Assembly: GCA_038207335.1 (NCBI GenBank)
Contig: JBBQZX010000025.1
Coordinates: forward strand, 25,772-89,771
Direction: 5' to 3'
DNA length: 64,000 nt
Source: Chthoniobacterales bacterium
GTDB taxonomy: Bacteria > Verrucomicrobiota > Verrucomicrobiia > Chthoniobacterales > Chthoniobacteraceae
This document shows positions 22,648 through 32,213 of this stretch, piece by piece (the first letter of the stretch is position 1; every line of letters begins with the position of its first letter). The notes below the pieces were generated by a model that was not told the origin of the DNA, did no database searches, and saw only the letters and a list, made by a program, of their open reading frames with translations. A program made the translations under genes and the position numbers.

Positions 22648-24068
22648 TTCTTTGGAGCGCGATAATTCGAGTTTGGCGTCATCATCTGCGCATCGACGCT
22701 GTCGCGCCAAGCGCGCAGCCGCTCGAGCATCGCGGCAGCGCGCTTCGGCTCGCGCGCGGCGAGATTTTGCGACTCACCGATGTCTTCCGGCAGATGGTAT
22801 AGCTCGACGCTTTCGTCCTCGAAATTCTCGATCAGCTTCCAGTCGCCGAGCCGCATCGCGCCGCCAGGACCGCCGCCTTGATTGCTGTAGTGCGGGTAGT
22901 GCCAGAAAAGCGGGCGCTCCGGCATCGTCTCGCCGCGCAGCAGCGGCGCGAAGCTCACGCCATCGAGATGCTGCTCCGGTCGCGCCGGGAGTCCGCACAT
23001 TTCCAGAAATGTCGGATAGAAATCCGTCGAGATGACGGGCGCTGCCGACACGCTTCCGGCCTTCGTCACGCCCGGCCATTTTACGATCAGCGGCTCGCGG
23101 ATTCCGCCCTCGTAATTCCACCCCTTGCCCATCCGCAGCGGCAGGTTCGAGGTCGGCGTACCCTCCGCCGTCGAGAGCCCGCCATTGTCCGACATGAACA
23201 CGACGATCGTGCGATCCGCGAGCTTCAGTTCGTCGAGTTTTGCAAGCACGCGCCCGACGCTTTCGTCGAGGCTCGCGACCATCGCCGCGTAGATCGGCTT
23301 GTCCTGCACCGTGCGCACCTGCCGCCCGTGATCGCTGATGAATTCAGGCTCCGCGGACGATGGCATCTTCGCGAGCTTCGCCTTGAAGCGCTCGACGAGC
23401 TCCGGTTTTGCCTGCTGCGGATTGTGCACCGCGTAGTGCGAAAAATAGAGCAGGAACGGCTGCTCGCGCTTCTCCTCGATGAATTTCAGCGCCTCGTCCG
23501 TGAGCCGGTCGGTGAGATATTCGCCGGGCGGCCCATCGGGCAGCGTGGGGATTTTATACGGGCTGAAATACGACGGCGGATGCCCGAGCGAGCAGCCCCC
23601 GAGATTGAGATCGAAGCCCTGCTTTTCAGGAAAAAACTCCGGCCCGCCGAGGTGCCACTTTCCCAAAAAGCCGGTCGCGTAACCGCCAGCCTTCATCGCC
23701 TCCGCGACCGTGAATTCCTCCAGCGGCAACTCACCGCGGATCACGGGACGCTTGAGCTTTTGAGTCGGTCCATCGGGGCGTCCCGGAAGCCAATCCGTGA
23801 GATGCAGCCGAGCCGGATATTTGCCGCTGAGGATGCTCGCGCGAGTCGGCGAGCAGACGTTGCAAGCTGCATACGCATCCGTGAATCGCACGCCTTGCGC
23901 CGCGAGTCGGTCGAGATTCGGCGTCTCGTAAAACGTGCTGCCATAGCACCCGAGGTCGCGCCAGCCGAGATCGTCGGCAAGGATGAAAATCACATTCGGC
24001 GGCTGCTCCGCGGCAGAAGCGGAAAACGTGATGAGAAGAAGGAGAAGCGTCTTGATGCAGGCTTTCAT
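22644..24068 (-). CDS. Exported Cys-type (formylglycine) sulfatase
   Basis: Signal peptide, PNVIFILADDLG, CSPTRASILSG, GKWHLG, SDNGG, YEGGIREP. Confidence 0.92.
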   Translation of the reverse strand: MKACIKTLLLLLITFSASAAEQPPNVIFILADDLGWRDLGCYGSTFYETPNLDRLAAQGVRFTDAYAACNVCSPTRASILSGKYPARLHLTDWLPGRPDGPTQKLKRPVIRGELPLEEFTVAEAMKAGGYATGFLGKWHLGGPEFFPEKQGFDLNLGGCSLGHPPSYFSPYKIPTLPDGPPGEYLTDRLTDEALKFIEEKREQPFLLYFSHYAVHNPQQAKPELVERFKAKLAKMPSSAEPEFISDHGRQVRTVQDKPIYAAMVASLDESVGRVLAKLDELKLADRTIVVFMSDNGGLSTAEGTPTSNLPLRMGKGWNYEGGIREPLIVKWPGVTKAGSVSAAPVISTDFYPTFLEMCGLPARPEQHLDGVSFAPLLRGETMPERPLFWHYPHYSNQGGGPGGAMRLGDWKLIENFEDESVELYHLPEDIGESQNLAAREPKRAAAMLERLRAWRDSVDAQMMTPNSNYRAPKK

Positions 24069-24262
24069 GATTGGGCGGGAAAAAGGGGCAGAGGTCTCGC
24101 GCATAACACCACGAATCGCTGAAACGCGCACCGAATTCCCTCCCCTCCTCAACCAGCCGCTCAGCCCAGCCGAACTCAACGTTGCCCACGCAGCCTTCGA
24201 ACAATTGCGTGCGGAGTTTGCTTCTTCCCATCCGCCCGCGTTCCGCTATTTCTCTGCGCCCC

Positions 24263-25021
24263 ATGCCGAAAGCCGCGCGCTCCGCGAAAAAGTCCCCAAA
24301 GGCGAAATTCCGCCGCATCGTTTTGAAGGTCAGCGGCGAGGCGCTCCGCGAGCCCGGCAGCGGCGACGTCATCTCGCCGCAAATCGTCGGGAGGATCGCG
24401 AAACAGATCAAGGAAGTGCACGAAATGGGCGTCGAGATCGCCATCGTCATCGGCGGCGGAAACATCTGGCGGGGCCTCTCCGCGAGCCATCGCGGCATGG
24501 AGCGCACCACCGCGGATTACATGGGAATGCTCGCGACCGTCATCAACGGCCTCGCCCTTCAAAGCCAGCTCGAGGAGGTCGGCATCGCCACGCGCGTGCA
24601 GACCGCGATCCCCGTGCAAAGCGTCGCGGAGCCCTTCATCCGCCGCCGCGCCATGCGGCATCTGGAGCTCGGTCGAGTCGTAATTTTCGTCGCCGGCACT
24701 GGCAACCCGTTCTTTTCCACCGACACCACCGCGGCCCTGCGCGCGAGCGAAATCGGCGCGGAGGTGATCCTGAAAGCGACGAAGGTCGATGGAATCTACA
24801 CGGCCGATCCTTTCAAAAATCCGAAGGCGAAGAAATACGACCAGATCACCTACAGCGACGCGCTCGACCAACGACTCTCTGTCATGGATTCCACCGCTTT
24901 CACCCTCTGCATGGACAACAAAATCCCGATCGTCGTCTTCGACATGATGACCGAGGACAACATCAAAAACGTCGTGCTCGGCAAGAAGGTCGGCACGCTT
25001 GTGTGCGATACTTCACTTTGA
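24263..25021 (+). CDS. pyrH: Uridylate kinase
   Basis: [38 protein letters not shown]. Confidence 0.96.
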   Translation: MPKAARSAKKSPKAKFRRIVLKVSGEALREPGSGDVISPQIVGRIAKQIKEVHEMGVEIAIVIGGGNIWRGLSASHRGMERTTADYMGMLATVINGLALQSQLEEVGIATRVQTAIPVQSVAEPFIRRRAMRHLELGRVVIFVAGTGNPFFSTDTTAALRASEIGAEVILKATKVDGIYTADPFKNPKAKKYDQITYSDALDQRLSVMDSTAFTLCMDNKIPIVVFDMMTEDNIKNVVLGKKVGTLVCDTSL

Positions 25022-25024
25022 AAT

Positions 25025-25585
25025 ATGGACCCTGACGAAACTCTCCTCGAAACCGAAGCCACGATGGAAAAAGGCTTCGAATACATGGTGCATGAATTTT
25101 CCGCCGTGCGCACCGGCAAGGCCTCGCCCGCGCTCGTGGAAAACATCGACGTCGTGGCTTACGGCTCCGCGATGAAGCTCAAGCAACTCGCGCTCATCAC
25201 CACGCCTGAGCCGCGGCTGCTCGTCATCCAGCCGTTCGACGCCTCGACCATGCGCGACATCGAAAAGGCGCTGAAGGAATCCAAGCTCGGGATCAATCCC
25301 GCGGTCGATGGGAAAATCATCCGCCTGCCGATCCCGCAGCTTTCTGAGGAGCGGCGAAAAGACCTGATGAAAGGCATCAAACAAATGGCCGAGGAGGCGC
25401 GAGTGCGCATCCGCTCCGCGCGACGCGACGGCATCGACGCGCTGAAAAAAGGCGAGAAAGACGGCTCAGTGAGCGAGGACGGACTCGTGAGCTACGAAAA
25501 GGAAATTCAGAAACTCACGGACGGCTTCGTAAAGAAAATCGACGAGTCGTTCGCGGCGAAAGAAGCCGACATCATGAAAGTCTGA
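25025..25585 (+). CDS. frr: Ribosome recycling factor
   Basis: VRTGKASP, IQPFD, IRLPIPQLSEERRK. Canonical pyrH-frr order. Confidence 0.96.
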   Translation: MDPDETLLETEATMEKGFEYMVHEFSAVRTGKASPALVENIDVVAYGSAMKLKQLALITTPEPRLLVIQPFDASTMRDIEKALKESKLGINPAVDGKIIRLPIPQLSEERRKDLMKGIKQMAEEARVRIRSARRDGIDALKKGEKDGSVSEDGLVSYEKEIQKLTDGFVKKIDESFAAKEADIMKV

Positions 25586-25588
25586 CGC

Positions 25589-26065
25589 ATGAAAAAGCTG
25601 CTCACCCTCGCCTTCACTTTCACTCTCACGGCCTCGCTTTTTGCCGAGGTCGTCCATCCCGCCGCAGACTTCACCTTCCCCGGAATCGGCAACCGCAACG
25701 CATCGCTGCGCGGCCTCCGCGGGCAGGCCGTCGTCCTCGTGATGACGGACAAGCCGGAAGCGCGCGCCTTCAAAAAGCAGCTTCGCAATCTCGAAGACAT
25801 CTACCAGCAATTCGCGAGCAAACAGGTCATCTTCGTCGCCGCGCTGCGGAGCGGTGAAGGCCCGATCAAGACCGACATCCCGTTCAGCATCGCGAACAAC
25901 GGCGCGGCAGTCGCCACCGCGTATGGCTTCGAGAGAGGCTTCGCAATCGCGATCATCGGCAAGGACGGAAACGTCGATTACCAGACAACGAAGGTCTGCA
26001 CCGGCGAGCGCGTGCGCGACGTCGTGCAGAACTCTTTCGCCGTCCAGTCACCGGCCCGGAAGTGA
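25589..26065 (+). CDS. Exported thioredoxin-fold-like protein without CxxC
   Basis: Signal peptide and the AADFTF...SLRGLRGQAVVLV...IIGKDGNV pattern of AhpC/TSA-like folds. Confidence 0.5.
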   Translation: MKKLLTLAFTFTLTASLFAEVVHPAADFTFPGIGNRNASLRGLRGQAVVLVMTDKPEARAFKKQLRNLEDIYQQFASKQVIFVAALRSGEGPIKTDIPFSIANNGAAVATAYGFERGFAIAIIGKDGNVDYQTTKVCTGERVRDVVQNSFAVQSPARK

Positions 26066-26523
26066 GCGCGCCCACGCGCATCGCCGTCATCGCCGACACG
26101 CACGACCGGCTCCCGCCACACATCCTTCCATCGCTCGCCGATGCCGATGAAATCTGGCATCTCGGCGACGTCTGCTCCCCCGCCCTGCTCGAAAAAATCG
26201 CGCAACTCGGCCCTCCCTTGCGCATCGTTCGCGGAAATTGCGACGACTGCCTCGACTGGTCGCTGACCCTCGATTTTCAACTCGCCGGCCACCGCATCCA
26301 CCTCGTCCACATTCCGACTCGCACCGCCCCCGCCGGCTGCGACCTCCTCCTCCACGGCCACACGCACGTCCCTCGCGACGAGATGGTCGGCACCACACGG
26401 TTCCTCAACCCCGGCTGCATCACCCGCCCAAATCTCGGCGCCCCCGCGAGCTACGCCCGGCTGGAGCTGTCGCCCGACACAGCCCCGAAATGGGAGCTGA
26501 GACTCGTTCGCCCCGCGTCTTGA
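26062..26523 (+). CDS. YfcE-family metallophosphoesterase
   Basis: ADTH, HLGD, VRGNCD, HGHTH, NPG. Confidence 0.88.
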   Translation: MSAPTRIAVIADTHDRLPPHILPSLADADEIWHLGDVCSPALLEKIAQLGPPLRIVRGNCDDCLDWSLTLDFQLAGHRIHLVHIPTRTAPAGCDLLLHGHTHVPRDEMVGTTRFLNPGCITRPNLGAPASYARLELSPDTAPKWELRLVRPAS

Positions 26524-26571
26524 GACGTACGCGCGGCCTTCGTATCAGCGAAAGCCCCGATTTCGACGCGC

Positions 26572-29500
26572 TCAGTTCGACAGCACGCGCAGGCGGATGA
26601 ATCGTTGGGGCTGCTCAGCGGGGGTGATTGTGTCGCGCATGAGAATGGTTTCGGTGCCGTCGCCGTTGTTGACGGGTGTGCCGATCATGACCGCTCCGTC
26701 GAGGCTCAAGGGGCTTAGGCTCGGGCCGGCATCGACATGGTATTCAAGATTCAGGGCACTGGTGTTGCGCCGGAACTGCAGCGTGAGAAATGGGCCGTCG
26801 GCTCCGTCTTTCACGAAGCTCGTGCTCATCGCGCCGGCAGCATCGGCGACGAGCGGATCGAGGCCGTAGGCGAATTCCCAGAAATTTGTGAGGCCGTCGC
26901 GATCCGGGTCAGCGCCACTCACTCCGTAGTCGGGATCGGCGATTTGCGCGGGTGTGAATCGGTAGCTCTGCCAGTTGGAAAAAGTCGTTGGCGGCAGCAA
27001 ACCCGGGTTGCCGCCGGTGGTGACGGAGGCGCGCCAGTTTGACGAATCGTCGGCATATCCAAACCAGTTGATCCGCTCAAGCGAGGGGCCGGAGCCGTCT
27101 GGCGAAGTGGGCCACGGCGCGGTGTCGTCGAAAGTCACGGCATCGACATCGACGTAGGCGAGCGGCTGGCCGTTGACCGGCGCGAGAGGCATTTGGACGG
27201 CAGTGCGCTCCCCGGCGTTGCTGAGCGTCCCGGGATAAGAGTAGATCGGAACCGCTGACGGGATGCCGTATTTCATGCGGAAAGCGGCAGGCGTGATCGA
27301 GTTCGGGACGAACAAAACGATCTGCCGCGGCGCGATCGTGATGCTCTGCGGCAGGGTGTAAAATTCATCCGGCGCGACGGTCCCCAAGCCGGCAATACGC
27401 CAGGTATTCGCAGGATTTGCAGGGTCGAATAGCAGGACGGGCGCACTCGTGATGTTGCACAACTCGAGGAAGTCGTCGTTCGGCGGAGGGTAATTGTACA
27501 TGATCTCCGTGATCACAATCGGCCCTACTCGCAGGCCGGCGTTCACCGTGCCAAGCGTCACGGAAGCCAGCGGCAGCCAGCGTGTCGCGCCGCCGACGAG
27601 CACGGGGCCTACGCTCACGCCGGGCGACGCCGGAGCGTATGCGACGATGTTTGAATAGCCGGTGAGATTCCCCGACGCGTCACCGGAATTCAGCGCAACC
27701 GTGCCTCCGCTCGCACTGAGTGCGAAGTTCCCCGGCAAGCCCGGCTGTGCATTGAATGCACTCTCATCGATGACGAGATAGCCCCCTGCCGCGATGATGG
27801 TATTCGCCGGAATGCGGAATTTTTTTGGCGTCGCAGACGTGTCGCTCAGCCACCAATTCCCGCAATCGACTGGCTGCGCCGTGGGATTGAAAATCTCGAT
27901 CGCATTGACCTGCGGTGCGACGGCAGTGGCGAGGAATTCGCTAAGGACCAGCGGCGGCGTGGGCGCGGTCGGATCGTCCGCGCCCGGCGAACCGCCGACA
28001 TTCGCGCTCGCGCGCCAGTACGACGGGTTGTCGGGATTCGGGTTCGAGTTCGGATTCACCGGCACGAGCGAAAAGCCACTGCCGTCCGGCGTCCCCGGCC
28101 ACGGCGGCACGCTCGCGGCGGTGCCGTATGTCACAGACACGATTACATTTCCTGCGACGTCGCGCAGGATCACAGTCTCGCCGCTGTTCTTGAGACTCGT
28201 GTTCGGCCCATAGCTTCCCGCGACCGGCACGTTCGGATATTTCGTGGCAAATTGAGCCGCGTTTTTCGCCACTACGGCAAACGCTCCGGGTGCAAGCGTC
28301 GCATTCGCCGGGAAGGTAAATGCGATGCCGTCGGTAAAGCTCCAGCCATTCAGATTCACAGTCGTCGAGCCCGCGTTTTTAAGTTCGATGAATTCAAACT
28401 CATCGCCGTCCACGACCGGCTGCGCCTGGCTCGGCGGATGATACATGATCTCCGTCACGAGCACCTGCACCGCTTGGGTCGCGGTGAAAACCGGATCAAC
28501 GAGCGGGCTCCATTCGCCGTTGGAGTTGCGCACGCGCGCCTTGAGTTGAGTCGATTGGCTGATCGGAATCGCGCCGGTGTACTGCGTCCCGGCGATCCCG
28601 CCGCCAACCGCGCGCGGGTCGGCGCCGTTCGTCGTGTAGTAGATCGTTCCCGTGCCGTTCGGATTGCCCATCGTGAGCATGAAATTCGCGCCGACTGTGC
28701 CGCCGAATTGGCTAAGTGTCGGCGCCAGCGTCGCGGGCCAGAGATTTTCGGAAACGAAAAATCCAGTGACGAATCCCCCTCCAGTCGTGTCGTCAGTGAA
28801 GCCGGTGAAAAGCGCGGTGCGGCGGCTCGGGCAGTTCGTAATCGAGCCAGTGGTGCCACCCCCGGAATAAGTGTAGCGCGAAGTCGTCCCCTGCCCGTTC
28901 AACCAGATATTCATGAACTGCGAGACGTTCTGATTGAGCACTTCCGTCATGATCGGCTGCACGCGCGCTGCAAGCGTCGTGAAGAGGCTTTGCAAATTCG
29001 CGTCGGTCAGCACGCCGCCGTTGAAGAAATGTTTCTGAATGCGATCCGCGAAAAGCAGCCGCCACTCGGGGCTCGCTGCGAGCGTCGTGTAGAGCAGCTT
29101 CGCCGGGATCGTTTCGCTGGAAACGCTGCCGCTGCGGATGTCATTGAAAATCTTGTATGCGGGATTGCGGCTGAATCCGCCGTATCCACCCTCACCATCC
29201 CAGACCGAAAAGCGGTAGAGCCCGTTGGTCGAACGCTCGCGATCCATCACGTAGTTATTGCCCGGCCAGTCAGCCATCGCGGCATGTGCGTTGAGAATGA
29301 TGTAGTCCGCGATATTCACCACATCGACGCGCTGCTGTAGCCCCTGATAATCCGTCAGCGAGCCGGTCGCGTGCGTCTTCGCGAAGTTCACGAGCTCGTT
29401 GTACGCCAGAGTGTCGCCGTCGGTGATCGCCGTGATATTGCGCACGTCGAACTTCAAATCGCTGTTCCGCGCCTGCTGAAACCACGGCTCCCGCGGCCGC

Positions 29501-32127
29501 TCGCAGATGTTGAAGAAGCCCTTGAAAACGCTGTTGATGTAAACATTCACGAACTCGCCGCGCACGGTCACCTGCCCCATCCCGAGCATGAGCCGTCGGC
29601 AATATTCGTCGCGGATGAACGGGTTGCTGATGTCGTTTTTTCCAGCGCGCAGGCGGATGTTTTCGTACTGCGAAACGGTCGAGCCCGGGACGAGCGGATA
29701 CTGCAGCGGGCTGCTGCCGACGTCGTTTCGGAAGAACAGATTGATCTGCGGCTTTTCTGTCGAGCTGACCGACCATCGGCTGCTGTTCGGTGTGGCATTG
29801 TTCTGCTGCGCAAGGATATAGCGCTGGCGCGAATACGGGCTACCGGCGCAACGGATGAACGCGCCATTCCGCAAGTCCGGCGTCGCATCCGTGTGCAAAA
29901 TCTCGATGCCGATTGGCCGCTCCGCCGGTTTCCCCGACTGCATCGGCGCGTTGTAGAGTGACGGATTTTCCGCAGTATTTGGCGGCGACAGGGTCGTCGC
30001 ATCCGGGTGACTGCTCCAGATCGCGCCGGTGTAATTGACGGGGCCGTTGGCGGCAGTTGTGTTGTTGTTCACGATCGCAAAGACCCCGAACGGCCGGTAA
30101 AACGCCTGCGCCGAATCTCCCGTCAGGCAGAACGCCGGCAAACTCTGCTGCGCCGCCGTCCGTGCGATAAGATACGTATGCGTAACAGTTTGCGACGGCA
30201 CGTAATTCGTCAGAAACGCGCGCAACCGCAGCGCCGTGTTCGCACTGAGCGTGAGCGAAGTTGCCGCCGGGCTCGTGGCCGTCGGCTCGCTCCCATCGGT
30301 CGTGTAGCGGATCGTCGCGCCCGTCGTCGCGCAGGTGAAATTCACCGTCGTGCTATTGCTATAAAATCGCCCCGGCACGCTCACCGCGGGCGTCGCCACG
30401 ACCACGTTGAAGAACGTCCCCGCATTCGCCGCGCCCGGCGTCGCCGTGTCGCAGTATTTCCAGTTCCCACTCCCATCCCGCGCGTAGCTCTGAAACGTGT
30501 ACTGCTTCGGATACGCCGGGCTGAGCGCACTCACGAGCGCTCCTGCCGGTCCCGTCAGCGCGAGGTAGTCGCCGCTCGCGCTCAGCTTGAAACTCGCGTG
30601 CAAAAATCCGCCCGCGACCGGTGCCGTAACATCCGCGCCATCGCAGATCACCACGAGGTATCCGCCCGCCGGGATCGTCACATTTGGGAACGACCATTTC
30701 AGCGAATTGCCCGGCTTGTCCGTAAGGTGCCAGCCCGTCAGGTTCACCGGGCTCACGTCGTTGTTGTAGAGTTCGACCCAATCGTTCGCGGAGTCCGGCC
30801 CCTCCGGCCCCGACGGGTCTTCTTCGCCTGTCAGATTCGGCACCGGCTCGCTCACGCCAGCGAGATATTTCCACTGCCCGTTGTTCGATGCGAGCGCAAC
30901 GCCCGCATTGGTTTGCAGGTCCGCTTTCATCAGGAAATCGGCGTTCCCCGCCGTGTAATTATGCGTCTGGATCGCGAGCACATTTGCCCCGCTCACGAGC
31001 ACTTTCGCAGCGACGTCGATCGTGATCGTCTCCGTCTGCACGCTCGCGTCGCCATCCGCCACAGCATCGTGCCGCGTGAATGTATTCGGCACCCCGATGC
31101 GTCGGCGCGCCACCTCCACGCCATTCAAATACGCCACGAAGCCATCGTCGTAACTCACCAGCAGCTTCAGCGGGAGGGTGTCCGCCGCCTGCGTCGTCGT
31201 CGCATTGAAAATCACGCGCTGATACAGCGACGGCGTCACATTCAGCAGTGCGGCCTGCACATTCGTCCCGATCGTCCCTACCGAGCCAAAGCCAAACGGC
31301 CCCCCACCAATTGACCACGCGCTGTCGTCGAAATTCAGCAGCCCCCACGGCACATTCTGCCGCCCGGAGCCGAGTTGCGCCGGGTCGAATAGATTCCCAG
31401 ACGGCTCCACAACGCCCGGGAAATATTTCCACGCGTCGTTGAAATTCACGAGATTCACCACCGGCGCGCCGCTGATTCGAAGGTCCGCTTTTGCGTAAAA
31501 ATTCGCGTCCGCCGCGTACGCGTTCAGCGCATGAATCGCGAGCACGTTCGTCCCCGCCACCAGCCGCGCCGATGCCGTGCCGACGCTGATCGTCTCGGTC
31601 GTCGTCGTCGTCGGGATCGTCGCCGTGCCCGAGAAAATCTCTCGATTGTAAGCCGGCTGATCGTGATAAATCAGCTTGTTCGCCGGCCCGCCATTTCGCC
31701 GCGCGATCTCGACGCCATTGAGATAGGCCACAAAGCCGTCGTTGTAATCTAACACGAGCTGCACCGCATCGGGCCGCGCCGCATCGCCCGCGCTCACCGC
31801 AAAGCTCTTCCGCAAATAAACCGTCGGCGTCAGATACTGCATCGCCGTCTGCAGGTTTGTCGCGATCGCGGTCGGCCCATTCGTCAGAGTCCCGTATCCA
31901 AAAGGCCCCTGCCCCGTCTGCCAGCCTGCATCGTTGTAAGCAGCCTGATACCAGCGTGGCCCCGTGCCCACCTGCGGCACGCCATTCGCATCCCACTGCA
32001 GCAGCCGCTCCGAGGAGTTCGCGACGAGTTCGTTTAAAATCACATCGGCGTGCGACCGAGCGCCCGCCGCGAGCGACAGCAGGAGACAAAAGCACAAACG
32101 AAGCGCAGCGAGGGGGGACACGTGCAT
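26572..32127 (-). CDS. Giant exported lamin-tail-domain / CotH kinase-like / Fn3-associated protein
   Basis: Signal peptide, jelly-roll modules (YNDGFVAYLNG), several LTD modules (DWVELYN, TEIMYHP), YTTDGSEP modules, CotH core (DWPGNN...WDGE) and C-terminal DRDGLTNFWE...FIRLRV. Confidence 0.85.
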   Translation of the reverse strand: MHVSPLAALRLCFCLLLSLAAGARSHADVILNELVANSSERLLQWDANGVPQVGTGPRWYQAAYNDAGWQTGQGPFGYGTLTNGPTAIATNLQTAMQYLTPTVYLRKSFAVSAGDAARPDAVQLVLDYNDGFVAYLNGVEIARRNGGPANKLIYHDQPAYNREIFSGTATIPTTTTTETISVGTASARLVAGTNVLAIHALNAYAADANFYAKADLRISGAPVVNLVNFNDAWKYFPGVVEPSGNLFDPAQLGSGRQNVPWGLLNFDDSAWSIGGGPFGFGSVGTIGTNVQAALLNVTPSLYQRVIFNATTTQAADTLPLKLLVSYDDGFVAYLNGVEVARRRIGVPNTFTRHDAVADGDASVQTETITIDVAAKVLVSGANVLAIQTHNYTAGNADFLMKADLQTNAGVALASNNGQWKYLAGVSEPVPNLTGEEDPSGPEGPDSANDWVELYNNDVSPVNLTGWHLTDKPGNSLKWSFPNVTIPAGGYLVVICDGADVTAPVAGGFLHASFKLSASGDYLALTGPAGALVSALSPAYPKQYTFQSYARDGSGNWKYCDTATPGAANAGTFFNVVVATPAVSVPGRFYSNSTTVNFTCATTGATIRYTTDGSEPTATSPAATSLTLSANTALRLRAFLTNYVPSQTVTHTYLIARTAAQQSLPAFCLTGDSAQAFYRPFGVFAIVNNNTTAANGPVNYTGAIWSSHPDATTLSPPNTAENPSLYNAPMQSGKPAERPIGIEILHTDATPDLRNGAFIRCAGSPYSRQRYILAQQNNATPNSSRWSVSSTEKPQINLFFRNDVGSSPLQYPLVPGSTVSQYENIRLRAGKNDISNPFIRDEYCRRLMLGMGQVTVRGEFVNVYINSVFKGFFNICERPREPWFQQARNSDLKFDVRNITAITDGDTLAYNELVNFAKTHATGSLTDYQGLQQRVDVVNIADYIILNAHAAMADWPGNNYVMDRERSTNGLYRFSVWDGEGGYGGFSRNPAYKIFNDIRSGSVSSETIPAKLLYTTLAASPEWRLLFADRIQKHFFNGGVLTDANLQSLFTTLAARVQPIMTEVLNQNVSQFMNIWLNGQGTTSRYTYSGGGTTGSITNCPSRRTALFTGFTDDTTGGGFVTGFFVSENLWPATLAPTLSQFGGTVGANFMLTMGNPNGTGTIYYTTNGADPRAVGGGIAGTQYTGAIPISQSTQLKARVRNSNGEWSPLVDPVFTATQAVQVLVTEIMYHPPSQAQPVVDGDEFEFIELKNAGSTTVNLNGWSFTDGIAFTFPANATLAPGAFAVVAKNAAQFATKYPNVPVAGSYGPNTSLKNSGETVILRDVAGNVIVSVTYGTAASVPPWPGTPDGSGFSLVPVNPNSNPNPDNPSYWRASANVGGSPGADDPTAPTPPLVLSEFLATAVAPQVNAIEIFNPTAQPVDCGNWWLSDTSATPKKFRIPANTIIAAGGYLVIDESAFNAQPGLPGNFALSASGGTVALNSGDASGNLTGYSNIVAYAPASPGVSVGPVLVGGATRWLPLASVTLGTVNAGLRVGPIVITEIMYNYPPPNDDFLELCNITSAPVLLFDPANPANTWRIAGLGTVAPDEFYTLPQSITIAPRQIVLFVPNSITPAAFRMKYGIPSAVPIYSYPGTLSNAGERTAVQMPLAPVNGQPLAYVDVDAVTFDDTAPWPTSPDGSGPSLERINWFGYADDSSNWRASVTTGGNPGLLPPTTFSNWQSYRFTPAQIADPDYGVSGADPDRDGLTNFWEFAYGLDPLVADAAGAMSTSFVKDGADGPFLTLQFRRNTSALNLEYHVDAGPSLSPLSLDGAVMIGTPVNNGDGTETILMRDTITPAEQPQRFIRLRVLSN

Positions 32128-32213
32128 TGAGCAATTCATCGCGCATTTTGCGCGGAGGGCAACACGCGGGTGCGAAGCCGGAAGATTCCCCGAAAACCGA
32201 GGAACTCTCCGAT